NCBI GenBank assembly: GCA_963808625.1
Contig: CAWEHK010000008.1
Location: 64,001-128,000, forward strand
Direction of reading: 5' to 3'
DNA: 64,000 nucleotides
From: an uncultured delta proteobacterium
Lineage (GTDB): Bacteria; Desulfobacterota; Syntrophobacteria; Syntrophobacterales; Syntrophobacteraceae
Part shown: positions 12,768 through 23,823 of the stretch, piece by piece
How positions within the stretch are numbered: position 1 is the stretch's first letter
Layout of the letters: every line of letters starts with the position of its first letter
Position numbers and translations under genes: made by a program
The notes under the pieces: generated by a model
The model's input: the letters and a program-made list of their open reading frames with translations, nothing else
What the model was told of the DNA's origin: nothing
Database searches by the model: none

Positions 12768-15601
12768 ATGCGCAAAAAAGTATCGGTTGGGATAGTTTTG
12801 GTTCTGCTCTTATGTGGTCTGGCTCCCCTGGCGCGGGCGTTCGAAATCCCGCAGCAGCCCCCTGCCCTTCCCTCTAACGTCAAGGAATCGGTGCAGAGGA
12901 CCCTTTCCTCGAAGCCCGGTGATACCTTCGTTGTGTTGAATAATGGCTTGACGGTACTGATTCGTTCTCATTCCGCAAGCGATGTCGTTTCCTCCCAGGT
13001 ATTTGTGCGGGCTGGTTCCGTATACGAGGGAAAATATCTGACGGCGGGAATTTCGCATTACCTCGAGCACGTGCTTTCCGGGGGCTCGACGCGCTCGTTT
13101 ACCGAAACGGAAGCGAAGGAGCGGCTCGAGCGTATCGGCGGCGCCACCAATGCCTCCACCTCCTTCGACCGCACCAATTATTACATCAACACCTCGAAAG
13201 CACACTGGAAGGAAGCCCTCGATCTCCTCCTTTCCTATGTCAGCGAGAGCACCCTCGACCCCCAACAGGTGGTGCGGGAGAAGGCCGTGATTCAGCAGGA
13301 GATCAAGATGGGTGAAAACGACCCCGGAAATCAACTGTGGAAGCTCTATATGAAGACGGCTTATCGTAGCAACCCTGCGCGCATTCCGGTGATTGGATAC
13401 GAAGAAGTCTTTGTCAAACTGGACCGCGACGCTCTCGAAGATTACTACCGCCAGCGCTACCAGCCCGAAAACATCGTCGTGGTTGTGGTCGGGAACGTTG
13501 AGCCGGGTGAGGTCCTCGAATTCATTTCCCAGAAAACCAGGGACTTCGCCCGCAGGGCCGACGCGCCGCTGGTGTTGCCGCCGGAACCCGAACAGGTGAG
13601 CCCGCGGTGGGAGGAGAAGGGACTCCCCCTGGCACGGTTGACTCAGGCCATACTTGGCTTTCCTTCCGTCACTCTTTACAGCAAAGACCTTTATGCTCTC
13701 GATGTGCTCGCCCTGCTGCTCGGTGAAGGGGAGACTTCGCGCCTCTCGTACCGCCTGAAGGACAGGGAAAACAAGGTCTTGAACGTAAGCGCCTCAAATT
13801 GGACCCCGTCTTTTGTCCAGGGTCAATTCGTGATTTCGCTCACGCTCGATCCGCCGAATTGGCCCGGTATCTTGGGACCAATCGAACAAGAGATCAATCG
13901 CCTCAAAAATGACCTGGTTGCTCCGGAAGAGCTCGAAAAGGCAAAAAAGCTCGTCCTCGCTCAGCATATCTTTGGCAAGGAGAGTGTCTCCGCTCTGGCC
14001 TCCTCGCTCGCTTCCTCCTATTTCGAAACGGGCGACCCCTACTTCGATGAAAAGTATGTGGAAGGGATCCGGAAGGTTTCGCGGGAAGACATCCGCGAGG
14101 TTGCCCGGCGCTATCTCCTGATGAATCGTTCGAACGTGGCGGTGATCAAACCGGAGGCACCGAAAGAGCCGGTCGCCCGCCTGGAAACAGCCCCGGAGGG
14201 ACCGCTGCAACCCCCGCCGTCGCGGTTCACGATCTGAAAAACGGCTTGAAGCTGCTGCTCAAGGGCGACGCCTCTCTTCCACTGGTGACCATCCAGCTTT
14301 ACGGGCTGGGCGGTTTGCTGCTTGAAGACCTGCAGCAGCCCGGGCTCTCCGCCTTCACCGCCTCACTCATGACGGCCGGGACGAAGACCAGAAGCAAACG
14401 CCAGATCGCCCAGGCCATCGAAGGCATCGGAGGAAGCATTGAAAGCAGAGCGGACAGCAACACTTACCACATCTCGATCAAGGTCTTGAAAGAGGACCTT
14501 GGGCTGGCGCTGGACATCCTGGCGGACATCGTCCAGAATGCCCAATTCCCCCAGGATGAAATCGAGAAGCGGCGGAAAGAAACCCTGCTCGCGATCAGGA
14601 AGCTCGACGAAAGCTGGCAGTTCGAAGTCATGCGCCTCTTCAAACAGAACTACTTCCAGCAGTCATCCTACAAGAATGATCGGCTGGGGACCCCCGAGTC
14701 GGTGCAGTCTTTCTCGAGAAATGACGTGCTGGCGTTCTATCGGCGCATGGTGAATCCCCATCACTCGGTCCTGGCAATTTACGGCGACCTGGACGAAAAG
14801 AAAACGCTCGAGACCTTGCAAAAGAAACTTGCGACCTGGAGCATGCCTGCCGTTACGCTCGGCGAGCAACCCGATGAAACCCGCCCGCTCAAGGCTGATC
14901 GCACGATCGAAAAGAAGAATGACAAGACCAGTTGCGCCCTTTTCATCGGCACCAACGGGATGAGCCTTGACGACCCTCGGCGGCCGGTCCTGGATGTTCT
15001 GGATGGCGTCCTTTCGGGCTCGGGTTACCCCGGCGGGCGCCTTTTTGAAGCGTTGCGCGGGGGCAAAGAGGACCTGGTTTACGTGGTCGGCGCCTTTCCC
15101 TTTTATGGCGTGAGAGCCGGCTACTTCGGGGTGATCACCCAGACCACCATGCAGAACCTCGACAAGGTGCAGGAGATTGTCCTCTCGAACCTCAAACGCC
15201 TTGCCGAAGAACCCGTCCCTGCCCAGGAACTGGAGAATGCCAAGGACATGATGCGCACGATGCACCAATTGGGGCTGGAGACCCTGGACGCCCAGGCCCG
15301 CAGCGCGGCGGTGAACGAAGTCCTCGGCCTCGGGTGGAATTACGACCAGAAGTATGTCTCGCTGATCGAAGTCGTAACGGTCGAGCAAATCCAGACCGTG
15401 GCCCGGGAGCTGTTCTCAAAAACCTTGATTACCCGCACCCTGCCCGAGCACCCGGTGGACGAAGCCGTGACGGCCGAAGAAATCCAGACCGTCGCCCGGG
15501 AGCTCTTCGCAAGAACCCTTACCGCACGGACTATCCCCGAGCACCCGGTAAGTATTCTGAACAATAAGGCCCCGTCGAAGAGCGACGTAGTGAATCAGTA
15601 A
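12768..15601 (+). CDS. Secreted M16 (insulinase-family) zinc peptidase, frameshift near 14215
   Basis: Signal peptide; HYLEH Zn motif; second half resumes in another frame as VHDLKNGLKLLL after a C run. Confidence 0.88.
15368..15550 (+). repeat. 93-bp in-frame tandem duplication at the 3' end of the M16 gene
   Basis: EVVTVEQIQTVARELFSKTLITRTLPEHPV repeated as EAVTAEEIQTVARELFARTLTARTIPEHPV. Confidence 0.9.
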
Positions 15602-15747
15602 CCACTGGCCGAATCCTTAAGCTGAGGGGAGCCTCTGCGATTGATCTATTTTGATTGCTGGCCGTTCATCGTTCATCTCATATTCATTCGGTTCGGCAGT
15701 TATATGAGCAGACGAGAGTCCAAAGTCAGGCCCAATGGTTTCCCTTC

Positions 15748-16713
15748 TCACGCTTTGATCTCTTTCGCCTCTGTCGGTTTGCAGGCTGCCATACAAATGT
15801 ACTCCAGGCCCTCGAAAACATAGCGGGCTATCTCTTCTCTTCGCAGCAGATCGGCAAGGGTGCGGTGCAAGTCTTCCAGGGGCACACCAAGAGACGCAGC
15901 CATTTCTTCGACGGTGCAGGGGCGTCTCCGCACCATGTGCATGATCCGGTGGTCGGTGTTAAGGTCTCGCTCCATGCCACGAAAACCCTTGAAGCGTCCG
16001 ATGATCTCCGTGCTGCCGGCAGGGAAAAGCTCCCGCACTGTCTCCATCTCCGCTGACGAAAGCCCCCGGCAACAGGGATCGGCCGGCGGACGCACCACGG
16101 TGTTGAGTTCGACCTGATCAGGATGCAGGAGGTCGATTAGCGGGCGCATTTTCTTCAGTTCATCAGGGTGATCGTTGAAGCCGGAAACGAGCATGACCTC
16201 GAGGTGAAATTGCCCCCGATAGTCCTTGCGAAATGCCTTCAAACCTTCAAGGATTACCTCGAGATCGAGGCTCGGATGGGGCCGGTTCAGGCTCCGGAAA
16301 ACGGCTTCCGTAACCGCATCCAGGGAAGGCACCACGCGGTCGGCAGCCAGCAGGGCCTCGCGCACCCTCGAGTCCCAGAGCAGCGAGCCATTGGTGAGCA
16401 CCACGAGCGGCAGTGACGGGAAGTGCTTCTTAATCACCTGGATGAGCTCGTCCATAGGTTCATACAGGGTGGGTTCGCCGGCGCTGGAGAAGGTCAGTAC
16501 GTCAGCACTGTCAGGAAAATCCCGGAAATAGGCCAGTAAATCCTCGATCACCCTATCAGGATAAACAAAAGCCTGCCTCTTCACGGTAAGGTGCGTGGTG
16601 GGGCCGGACTCGCAGTAAACGCAATCATAACTGCAGGTCTTGGGAGGAATTACGTCAATCCCGAGGGACCGACCGAGGCGGCGTGATGGCACCGGCCCAA
16701 AAATTAATGACAT
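15748..16713 (-). CDS. Radical SAM protein (COG0731/TYW1-like), copy A, intact
   Basis: [27 protein letters not shown]. Confidence 0.9.
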   Translation of the reverse strand: MSLIFGPVPSRRLGRSLGIDVIPPKTCSYDCVYCESGPTTHLTVKRQAFVYPDRVIEDLLAYFRDFPDSADVLTFSSAGEPTLYEPMDELIQVIKKHFPSLPLVVLTNGSLLWDSRVREALLAADRVVPSLDAVTEAVFRSLNRPHPSLDLEVILEGLKAFRKDYRGQFHLEVMLVSGFNDHPDELKKMRPLIDLLHPDQVELNTVVRPPADPCCRGLSSAEMETVRELFPAGSTEIIGRFKGFRGMERDLNTDHRIMHMVRRRPCTVEEMAASLGVPLEDLHRTLADLLRREEIARYVFEGLEYICMAACKPTEAKEIKA

Positions 16714-16763
16714 ACGACCACCTTCGTTCATCTTTGGACTAAGCAACTTTGTCGATAGGTAAT

Positions 16764-17729
16764 TTATTGGACAATTCCGACGCGAGAAAGGAGATTCTCA
16801 CGGAAATCCTTAGACTCTTCGGATTTTCCATCAGCAATCAGATCGATATGGTAGAACCTATCCGTGGTAGGAGATTCTTTTCTCGCCAATTCCACATTCA
16901 GATCGGTCACACCGACCATCGTCCAGCACTCGACATAACCATCCTTGCGAGCCTTTTGGTGGCTCTTCTCCGCTTCGCCAATTCTATTGTGGATATTCGA
17001 GTAGTCTTTCCCGCCCTTGATCTCAATTGCCACCAGATTGTGGAATCTACCTGAGGGCAGCTCTTCCCTGATGCATATGTCCGGATCATTTGCAAATTCG
17101 ACCCTGACAATGCGGCCGGCCGCGTTTTGAAGTTTGAAATATTTCTGAGTGCTCGACACTACGGCAGGAGCAACCATGGAGTCTATTAAGTCAAATACGC
17201 GCCGCGTTGCTCGACTCCCATACAGGTTCAAAACGCCGCCTCGAAGCTGTGGACCGAGAGTGAGCAGCGTGAGTTCATGCACTGAATTTTGTGACAAATG
17301 GCCGGTCCCGGCAACGAGAAGCTCGGCACTGGCGCAAAGCGCTCGACAGAGCTCATACAAATGGTCTCCGTGGTTGGCCGTGAGCCGTCCCTTGTCTTCC
17401 ATCGATTTGAAAGGAGCAAATCCATACCGCTCACCGTAGAATTGCTTCTGGGAAAACCCCAGCAGCAGGCGATAGTATCCCAATAACCTGGGCTGACTTC
17501 TGAGGACATAGGGCACAGCAAAGATGATCTCGCCTCGGAGCCCCCAGCTTGCCAGCCTTTGCAGAGCTGAACCGGGCACCAGATCACCAAGTTCTTTGTC
17601 GATGTCGGGGATCGACAGGTTCGAGACTGCGGAAAGTAAAGCGTCAAGGAGATATATTTCCCGGACTTGCATCAGCCGATGGAAAAACTCCACTTGCAGA
17701 TCAGGTTCCGGGATCTTAAATAGCTTCAA
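16764..17729 (-). CDS. Type II restriction endonuclease, XcyI/Cfr9I-like
   Basis: PD..EIK catalytic motif (DPD..IEIKGG), LLGYYRLLLG.SQK.FY, NRIGEAEKSH; 4-bp overlap with the MTase. Confidence 0.82.
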   Translation of the reverse strand: MKLFKIPEPDLQVEFFHRLMQVREIYLLDALLSAVSNLSIPDIDKELGDLVPGSALQRLASWGLRGEIIFAVPYVLRSQPRLLGYYRLLLGFSQKQFYGERYGFAPFKSMEDKGRLTANHGDHLYELCRALCASAELLVAGTGHLSQNSVHELTLLTLGPQLRGGVLNLYGSRATRRVFDLIDSMVAPAVVSSTQKYFKLQNAAGRIVRVEFANDPDICIREELPSGRFHNLVAIEIKGGKDYSNIHNRIGEAEKSHQKARKDGYVECWTMVGVTDLNVELARKESPTTDRFYHIDLIADGKSEESKDFRENLLSRVGIVQ

Positions 17730-18601
17730 TTCATTCGCTCCCTGTCATGGGTGAATAGCAACAGCTGGGTACTTTGAATCCGTTTGACAGCAAGCTGAAC
17801 ATATTCAGGATTGAGTTCTATGCCCACATATTTCCGGCGCTGTTGCTCGCACACAGCTCCCACTGTACCCGACCCAAAGAACGGATCGATGACCCAATCG
17901 CCAGGCTGAGATCCAGCCAAAATGCAGGGTTCGACCAGCTTGGGCGGAAAGGTCGCAAAGTGGGCTCCCAGAAAAGGCTCCGTTGGAATGGACCAGACGG
18001 TGCGCCGGTTTCTCCCGTTTGGTTCCGTGACATTTTTAAAATTATAATAATATTTCGAAGACTTGGTCAGAAGAAATACATATTCATGAGCCCGGGTTGG
18101 TCGGTCCCTGACGCTTTCCGGCATGCAGTTGGGTTTCTCCCAGATGATATCACTACGGAGATACCACCCAGCTTCCTGAAGGGCAAAGGCAAGACGCCAG
18201 GGAATTCCCACGAGATCTTTGGGTTTCAGACCCTCAGGAGTTGGTGCCCGGTAGGACATTGCCCGGATTGGATTCTTCTTGTCAGGTGCCCGGTATGCCC
18301 TGTTACCGCTCGTATAGGAATCGCCTATATTTAGCCATAGCGAACCATCCTCCGTGAGGATGCGGCGAACCTCTTCAAAAACCGCGACCAGATGCTGAAT
18401 ATAGCTTGCAGGTTCTTCCTCCGCGCCGATTTGCCCCTCAGCGCCATAATCCCTTAGGCCCCAGTAGGGTGGAGAGGTGACACAGCATCTGAAAAAATTT
18501 GCTGGAAACGACTTGAGTAAGAGTTGCGCATCACCCAAGAGTATTGTGGACTCTTTGAGGCCAGCTATGTCCTGCCTACCGGGTTCACACACGACTTTCA
18601 T
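17726..18601 (-). CDS. N4-cytosine DNA methyltransferase (beta class; M.XcyI/XmaI-like)
   Basis: TSPPY catalytic motif precedes DPFFGSGT SAM-binding motif. Confidence 0.9.
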   Translation of the reverse strand: MKVVCEPGRQDIAGLKESTILLGDAQLLLKSFPANFFRCCVTSPPYWGLRDYGAEGQIGAEEEPASYIQHLVAVFEEVRRILTEDGSLWLNIGDSYTSGNRAYRAPDKKNPIRAMSYRAPTPEGLKPKDLVGIPWRLAFALQEAGWYLRSDIIWEKPNCMPESVRDRPTRAHEYVFLLTKSSKYYYNFKNVTEPNGRNRRTVWSIPTEPFLGAHFATFPPKLVEPCILAGSQPGDWVIDPFFGSGTVGAVCEQQRRKYVGIELNPEYVQLAVKRIQSTQLLLFTHDRERMN

Positions 18602-18708
18602 ACATTAAGCCATTCTGGTTTGGTTTGGAGAGCCTAAGCTCACCAAATGAGGCAAACCGTTCAATCTCGGTGCTTTCGGAAGCGGCAAGGAACACATCAT
18701 CCCCGGTT

Positions 18709-18778
18709 GTCATTTCCGCGTGCTTTTTAGCGGGAATCCAGCAAAAAAGACTGGATGCCCGCCTTTGAGGGCATGGCG
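18709..18778. repeat. REP-like doublet (GTCATTCCCGC..GCGGGAATCCA family)
   Basis: Two facing hairpins; similar to copies at 26280, 28080, 45009, 57446 and 61154. Confidence 0.7.
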
Positions 18779-18816
18779 GGTGGGGAGTACGAACACTCCT
18801 CTACGAGGCAATGTGC

Positions 18817-19017
18817 TTAGCCGCCCAGAGCTTCTGTCTCGGTGCTGCTCAGGTAGGACAGGATTTCCTGTTCTCGTTGCTGCAGTTCGATGAGGATCGG
18901 GGCAGACAGCAACTTGTACTCGTGCGGGCCATGGACTTTGCGGGCCGCCACCAGGACGCGCTGTAGATTGTCGACAGCTGCTAGCGCTAACTGGAGTTGT
19001 TGGTCATTGTGAATCAT
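18817..19017 (-). CDS. Small helical protein, putative partner of the nucleotidyltransferase
   Basis: 66 aa, MIHNDQQL...EILSYLS; ATGA overlap with the upstream gene. Confidence 0.7.
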   Translation of the reverse strand: MIHNDQQLQLALAAVDNLQRVLVAARKVHGPHEYKLLSAPILIELQQREQEILSYLSSTETEALGG

Positions 19018-19450
19018 GATAAGATAACCTCCACAATACCCCTCCGTTTGAAATCCTTTGCCGTTTGGTATGTGTCCAACCAGATATGCAGTACCTCTGA
19101 TCCGATGGAGGCTTTTGTCCAAGACACGTCAGCCTGAAAACGGAGTCGCGCTTGAACATGGTCAAATAAGATGTCCATCGGTGCCGATACGGCCTCGACG
19201 GTAAACTCCGCGCTCATCACGAGCAATACATCGAGATCGTTTGGGACCTCCTTGCTGGTGACAAAGCTGCCCCACAGAAACACGCGGGCAAGATGTCCCG
19301 TGGAGCTCGCCAGACCCAAGAGGGTGCGCAACTGTTCCCCCAACCATTGCCGACGTGCAGAGGGGGTGGTGAACCGGGCAAAGACCTCGTTTTTGTAGCA
19401 AGGTGAATGCCCTCCGGTAAATTACCTTCGTTGTCAAATGCTGGAAGCAT
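19014..19450 (-). CDS. DUF6932-like minimal nucleotidyltransferase, frameshift near 19392
   Basis: MLPAFDNEGNLPEGIH N-terminus; GSFVT...PNDLD (GS plus DxD); frames join at an A run. Confidence 0.75.
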
Positions 19451-19570
19451 GGCCTATGTCACTCCCACAGTGGTCATGCAAGTGTATGCATGCAACTCGT
19501 GTTGATTCGGCGACATTGTACCCTTTTACCTCTGATTTTGATAGTGTTCTTGGCAGGTAATCAAGCCGTC

Positions 19571-20688
19571 TCATTTCCCCATCTTACCGTCCCGTGCGCT
19601 GCTTGCTGCCGGATTGGATTCCGTCACAGCTTTCGCAGTTCTTCTTGCAGAGCGCGCAGTTGTTGGTTGCCGGTCTTCACCCTGGTGAAGAGGGATACCC
19701 TTCGTATGGACAATCGTAGGAAGCATTGATTCTGTCTCCATTGCCTCTGCCGGTAGGCAATCTGCGATGCAAATGTATTCAAAGCCTTCGAAAACGCAGC
19801 GGGTGATCTCTTCTCTTCGAAGTAGGTCGGACAGGGTGCGCTGCAAGTCTTCCAATGGCACGCCCAGGGACGCCGCCATCTCCTCGACCGTGCAGGGGCG
19901 TCTCCTCACCATGTCTATAATCCGCTGGTTGGTGTTAAGGTCTCGCTCCATGCCACGAAAACCTTTGAAGCGCCCGATGATCTCCGTGCTGCCGGCAGGA
20001 AAAAACTTACGCACTGCCTCCATCCCGGCTGACGAAAGTCCCTGGCAACAGGGATCGGCCGGCGGGCGCACCACGGTGTTGAGCTCCACTTGATCAGGAT
20101 GCAGGAGGTCGATAAGCGGACGCATCTTTTTCAGTTCATCAGGGTAATCGTTGAAACCCGAAACAAGCATGACTTCAAGGTGAAATTGCCCCCGATAGTC
20201 TCTGCGAAACGCCTTCAAACCTTCGAGGATTACCTCGAGATCGAGGTCCGGATGGGGCCGGTTCAGGCTCCGAAAAACCGCTTCCGTAACCGCATCCAGG
20301 GAAGGCACCACGCGGTCGGCAGCAAGGAGTGCCTCGCGCACCCTGGAATCCCAGAGCAGCGAGCCATTGGTGAGCACCACGAGCGGCAGTGACCGGAAAT
20401 GCCTCTTAATCACCCGGATGAGCTCGCCCAGAGGTTCATACAGGGTGGGTTCGCCGGCGCTGGAAAGAGTCAGCACGTCAGCGCTGTCGGGAAAATCCCG
20501 AAAATAGGCCTGAAGATCCGCGATGACCCGGTTGGGATCAATGAAAGCCTGCCGCTTGACCGTAAGATGCGTCGTAGGTCCGGACTCGCAGTAAACCAAT
20601 CGTAACTGCACGTCTTGGGAGGAATCACATCGATCCCGAGTGATCGCCCGAGGCGGCGTGACGGCACCGGCCCAAAAATCGTTCTCAT
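19571..20688 (-). CDS. Radical SAM protein copy B, 1-nt deletion near 20597, extended C-terminus
   Basis: Co-linear with copy A (roughly 85-90% aa identity by eye); the deletion hits the second Cys of CxxxCxxC. Confidence 0.85.
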
Positions 20689-21237
20689 ATCGTTTTTCCC
20701 AGTCCTTGCAGTGGCCTCATTCGAAACAGGATCCTGAACTACAAGAAGGTTTCCACAGGCCGTCGTGACTTGCAGGGCCGCCTTTCGAGCCTGCGTTTTG
20801 GCCAGTTTGGCATGGCAGGCTGGAAAGCCTGCCCCACACGCTTGGCGCGCTGTCAGTGTTTTGTTGCAGCACCAAGAATTGCAGAAAATTATATAGCCTC
20901 ATGCCAACATTGTCAAAATGCCACCGAATCGTAAATCTTGCCGCCTTCTCTTTCCCCTTTTATCCTTGCCAAGATTATCCGGGATACAGTAATTTTCAAC
21001 TCAGCGGCCAATGACTCCCTGTCAGTGACCGGATGGATAAGAAATTCCAATGCACTCGAGGATACTCATGCGCCCGGAAGGGACGATGCCGATCCCTTCT
21101 CTTTGATGGCTCATATGCGAATGACACCAGGCAACGCGGTCTTTTTGAGATGATGGGAAGGGACCCAGAAACGAGGCCTGCTGAAGAGCTTCGAATATTA
21201 TTCACGATTGAAACCATACACTCAACTGGAGGCAACA

Positions 21238-22911
21238 ATGCGCAGTGATTTAATGAAAAAAGGGATTGAGAAGGCCCCTCACCGCTCTCTCTTCAAAGCC
21301 ATGGGCTACACGCAGGACGAGCTTGACCGGCCGCTCATCGGCGTCGCCAATTCTGCCAACGAGATCATTCCCGGGCACATCCATCTCGACAAGGTGAGCG
21401 AAGCGGTAAAAGCCGGGATCCGTCTTGCCGGAGGGACCCCGATCGAATTCAGCACCATTGGGGTGTGTGACGGCATCGCCATGAATCATCAGGGCATGCG
21501 CTATTCGCTGGCAAGCAGGGAACTGATTGCGGACTCGGTTGAAATCATGGCCATGGCTCATCCCTTCGACGGGTTGGTCCTCATTCCCAACTGCGATAAG
21601 ATTATCCCGGGAATGCTGATGGCCGCCATGCGGCTCAACATTCCATCCATTGTCGTGAGCGGTGGTCCCATGATGGCCGGGCGTGCCGGGGGCAAAGCCG
21701 TGGACCTGGTGACCGTCTTCGAGGCGGTGGGCTCATTCAAATCCGGAAAAATTAACGCCGATCAACTCTTGGAACTCGAGGATTACGCCTGTCCCGGATG
21801 CGGCTCCTGTGCCGGCATGTTCACCGCGAACTCCATGAATTGCCTTACCGAGGCTCTGGGTATGGGCCTTCCCGGCAATGGTACGATCCCCGCCGTCACG
21901 GCCGCCCGGATCCGTTTGGCGAAGGTGGCCGGAATGAGGATTTTGGAACTGGTGCATCACAACCTCTGTCCGCGTGATATCGCCACCAATGAAGCCTTCG
22001 AAAATGCCATCGCGGTGGATATGGCGCTCGGGTGCTCCACCAACACCGTGCTTCACGTTCCTGCCATCGCCCACGAAGCAGGGATTGATCTCAATCTGGA
22101 GACCTTCAACCGGATCAGCGCCCGCACCCCTCACCTTTGCAGCCTGCGGCCCTCGGGCGCCCATTTCCTCGAAGATTTGAATGCTGCCGGAGGCGTGCAC
22201 GCGGTCATGAATGAACTCGCTGCTGGAAATCTTATCAATTTGAATGCCATGACCGTCACGGGCAAGACTGTGGGTGACAACCTCAAGGGATTCCCCGTTC
22301 TCGATCGCGATGTCATTCGCTCCCTTGACCAACCCTATCACCGTGAGGGCGGAATCGCCGTTCTGTATGGTAACCTGGCCCCGGAAGGCGCCGTCGTCAA
22401 GCAGTCCGCCGTCGCTCCCGAGATGCTCCAGCGGACCTGCCGGGCACGCGTATTTGAGAGCGAGTCCGAGGCGGCAACGGCTATCCTTGATGGGGTCATC
22501 AAGCCCGGAGATGTGGTCGTGATTCGCTACGAAGGACCCAAGGGCGGCCCCGGTATGCAGGAAATGCTCACCCCCACAGCCGCTCTCATCGGTATGGGTC
22601 TGGGCAAAGAAGCCGCCCTCATCACCGACGGCCGCTTCAGCGGCGGGACTCACGGGGCCGCGATCGGGCACGTGTCGCCGGAAGCCGCAGTGGGCGGGCC
22701 CATAGCCCTGGTCAAAGAAGGAGATACAATTGTCATCGACATTCCGAACAAGAAACTCGAACTGCGCGTCGATGCGGCCACTCTCCAGCAGCGCCGCGAC
22801 CAATGGACCGCTCCCGCTCCCCGCATCAAGGAGGGCTATCTGGCTCGCTACGCTCATCTGGTGACTTCCGGTTCCCGGGGTGCTATTCTTGAATGGAGTG
22901 ACAAGAAGTAG
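21238..22911 (+). CDS. ilvD: Dihydroxy-acid dehydratase
   Basis: [32 protein letters not shown]. Confidence 0.97.
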   Translation: MRSDLMKKGIEKAPHRSLFKAMGYTQDELDRPLIGVANSANEIIPGHIHLDKVSEAVKAGIRLAGGTPIEFSTIGVCDGIAMNHQGMRYSLASRELIADSVEIMAMAHPFDGLVLIPNCDKIIPGMLMAAMRLNIPSIVVSGGPMMAGRAGGKAVDLVTVFEAVGSFKSGKINADQLLELEDYACPGCGSCAGMFTANSMNCLTEALGMGLPGNGTIPAVTAARIRLAKVAGMRILELVHHNLCPRDIATNEAFENAIAVDMALGCSTNTVLHVPAIAHEAGIDLNLETFNRISARTPHLCSLRPSGAHFLEDLNAAGGVHAVMNELAAGNLINLNAMTVTGKTVGDNLKGFPVLDRDVIRSLDQPYHREGGIAVLYGNLAPEGAVVKQSAVAPEMLQRTCRARVFESESEAATAILDGVIKPGDVVVIRYEGPKGGPGMQEMLTPTAALIGMGLGKEAALITDGRFSGGTHGAAIGHVSPEAAVGGPIALVKEGDTIVIDIPNKKLELRVDAATLQQRRDQWTAPAPRIKEGYLARYAHLVTSGSRGAILEWSDKK

Positions 22912-22926
22912 CCGAGGATAGATCCC

Positions 22927-23745
22927 GTGGGCTATGTCTTCCAGTTTGAAGATGCTCTGCGCTACGACGACTGGTTCACCTCTGAGCCGGGGCGCACCGC
23001 GGCCGCTATCGAGCAGGACCTGCTCTCGCGGTTGTGGGCGCCCAAGGCGCCCCAGAGTGTCCTCGAGGTCGGTTGTGGCACCGGGCTTTTTCTGGAATGG
23101 TTCGTGCGCATGGGGCATCAGGTTACCGGCCTGGATCCCTCGCCTTACATGCTCAATGTTGCGCGCCGCCTCGCCCCGGAGCGCGTGGCTCTGGATCGGG
23201 GGTTCGCAGAGGAGTTGCCGTACGAAGACAACGCCTTTGACACGGTGGCGCTGATTACCGCTCTGGAGTTTGTGAACGACCCCCATCTGGCGCTCCAGGA
23301 AGCCTTGCGAGTGGCGCGGCGACAGGTGCTCCTGGGGGTGCTGAACAAATATTCGGTAACCACATGGCAGCATTGTTGGGGGAGGCTCTGGCGGCCTTCC
23401 ATTTACAGTCATGCACACTTCTTCAGCATCTCTCAACTCCGGCGCATGGTCACCGAGGTCCTCAGCGGGGCGGTTCCAATTCAGTGGCGTACATGCCTCT
23501 TTTTCCCTGTACGCTGGTTGCGTTATCTCCACTTCCTCGAATGTTCCCGGTTGCTCCATCGGCTTCCCTTCGGTCATTTCATAGGAATGCGGATTGACCT
23601 GCGCTATCCCCTCAGGACGGTGCAGCAACCGGTATTGTGCAAAATCGGCTCCGGAGTTGGACAGACGCAACTCCGCACGCCCTGTTGGCGAGGTCCGGGA
23701 GGAGAAGGCCGCAACCAGAATTCTTTGCCCTCGCCTGATGATTGA
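22927..23745 (+). CDS. Class I SAM-dependent methyltransferase
   Basis: VLEVGCGTG, LPYEDNAFD. Confidence 0.85.
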   Translation: MGYVFQFEDALRYDDWFTSEPGRTAAAIEQDLLSRLWAPKAPQSVLEVGCGTGLFLEWFVRMGHQVTGLDPSPYMLNVARRLAPERVALDRGFAEELPYEDNAFDTVALITALEFVNDPHLALQEALRVARRQVLLGVLNKYSVTTWQHCWGRLWRPSIYSHAHFFSISQLRRMVTEVLSGAVPIQWRTCLFFPVRWLRYLHFLECSRLLHRLPFGHFIGMRIDLRYPLRTVQQPVLCKIGSGVGQTQLRTPCWRGPGGEGRNQNSLPSPDD

Positions 23746-23777
23746 TGGTTGATGGTTGATAGTTGATGGTTGATGGT
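23736..23777 (+). repeat. Heptamer tandem array (TGATGGT-type) x6
   Basis: tgatgat tgatggt tgatggt tgatagt tgatggt tgatggt. Confidence 0.9.
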
Positions 23778-23823
23778 GGGCATCGGGAAAGGGCGAAACG
23801 TTCATGCCCAAAGGAACCACAAC

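Noticed and set aside
14235..14237. Selenocysteine or readthrough at the TGA in the M16 gene
   Set aside because: The downstream half is in a different frame; a 1-nt loss in the C run explains it
15748..20688. Radical SAM duplication as a simple assembly duplication
   Set aside because: The copies differ at many synonymous and amino-acid sites and have different termini; a strain chimera still needs a read check
21077..21170. Attenuator upstream of ilvD (GAAGGGA..TCCCTTC hairpin)
   Set aside because: No Ile/Leu/Val-rich leader peptide or T-box found; weak U-tract
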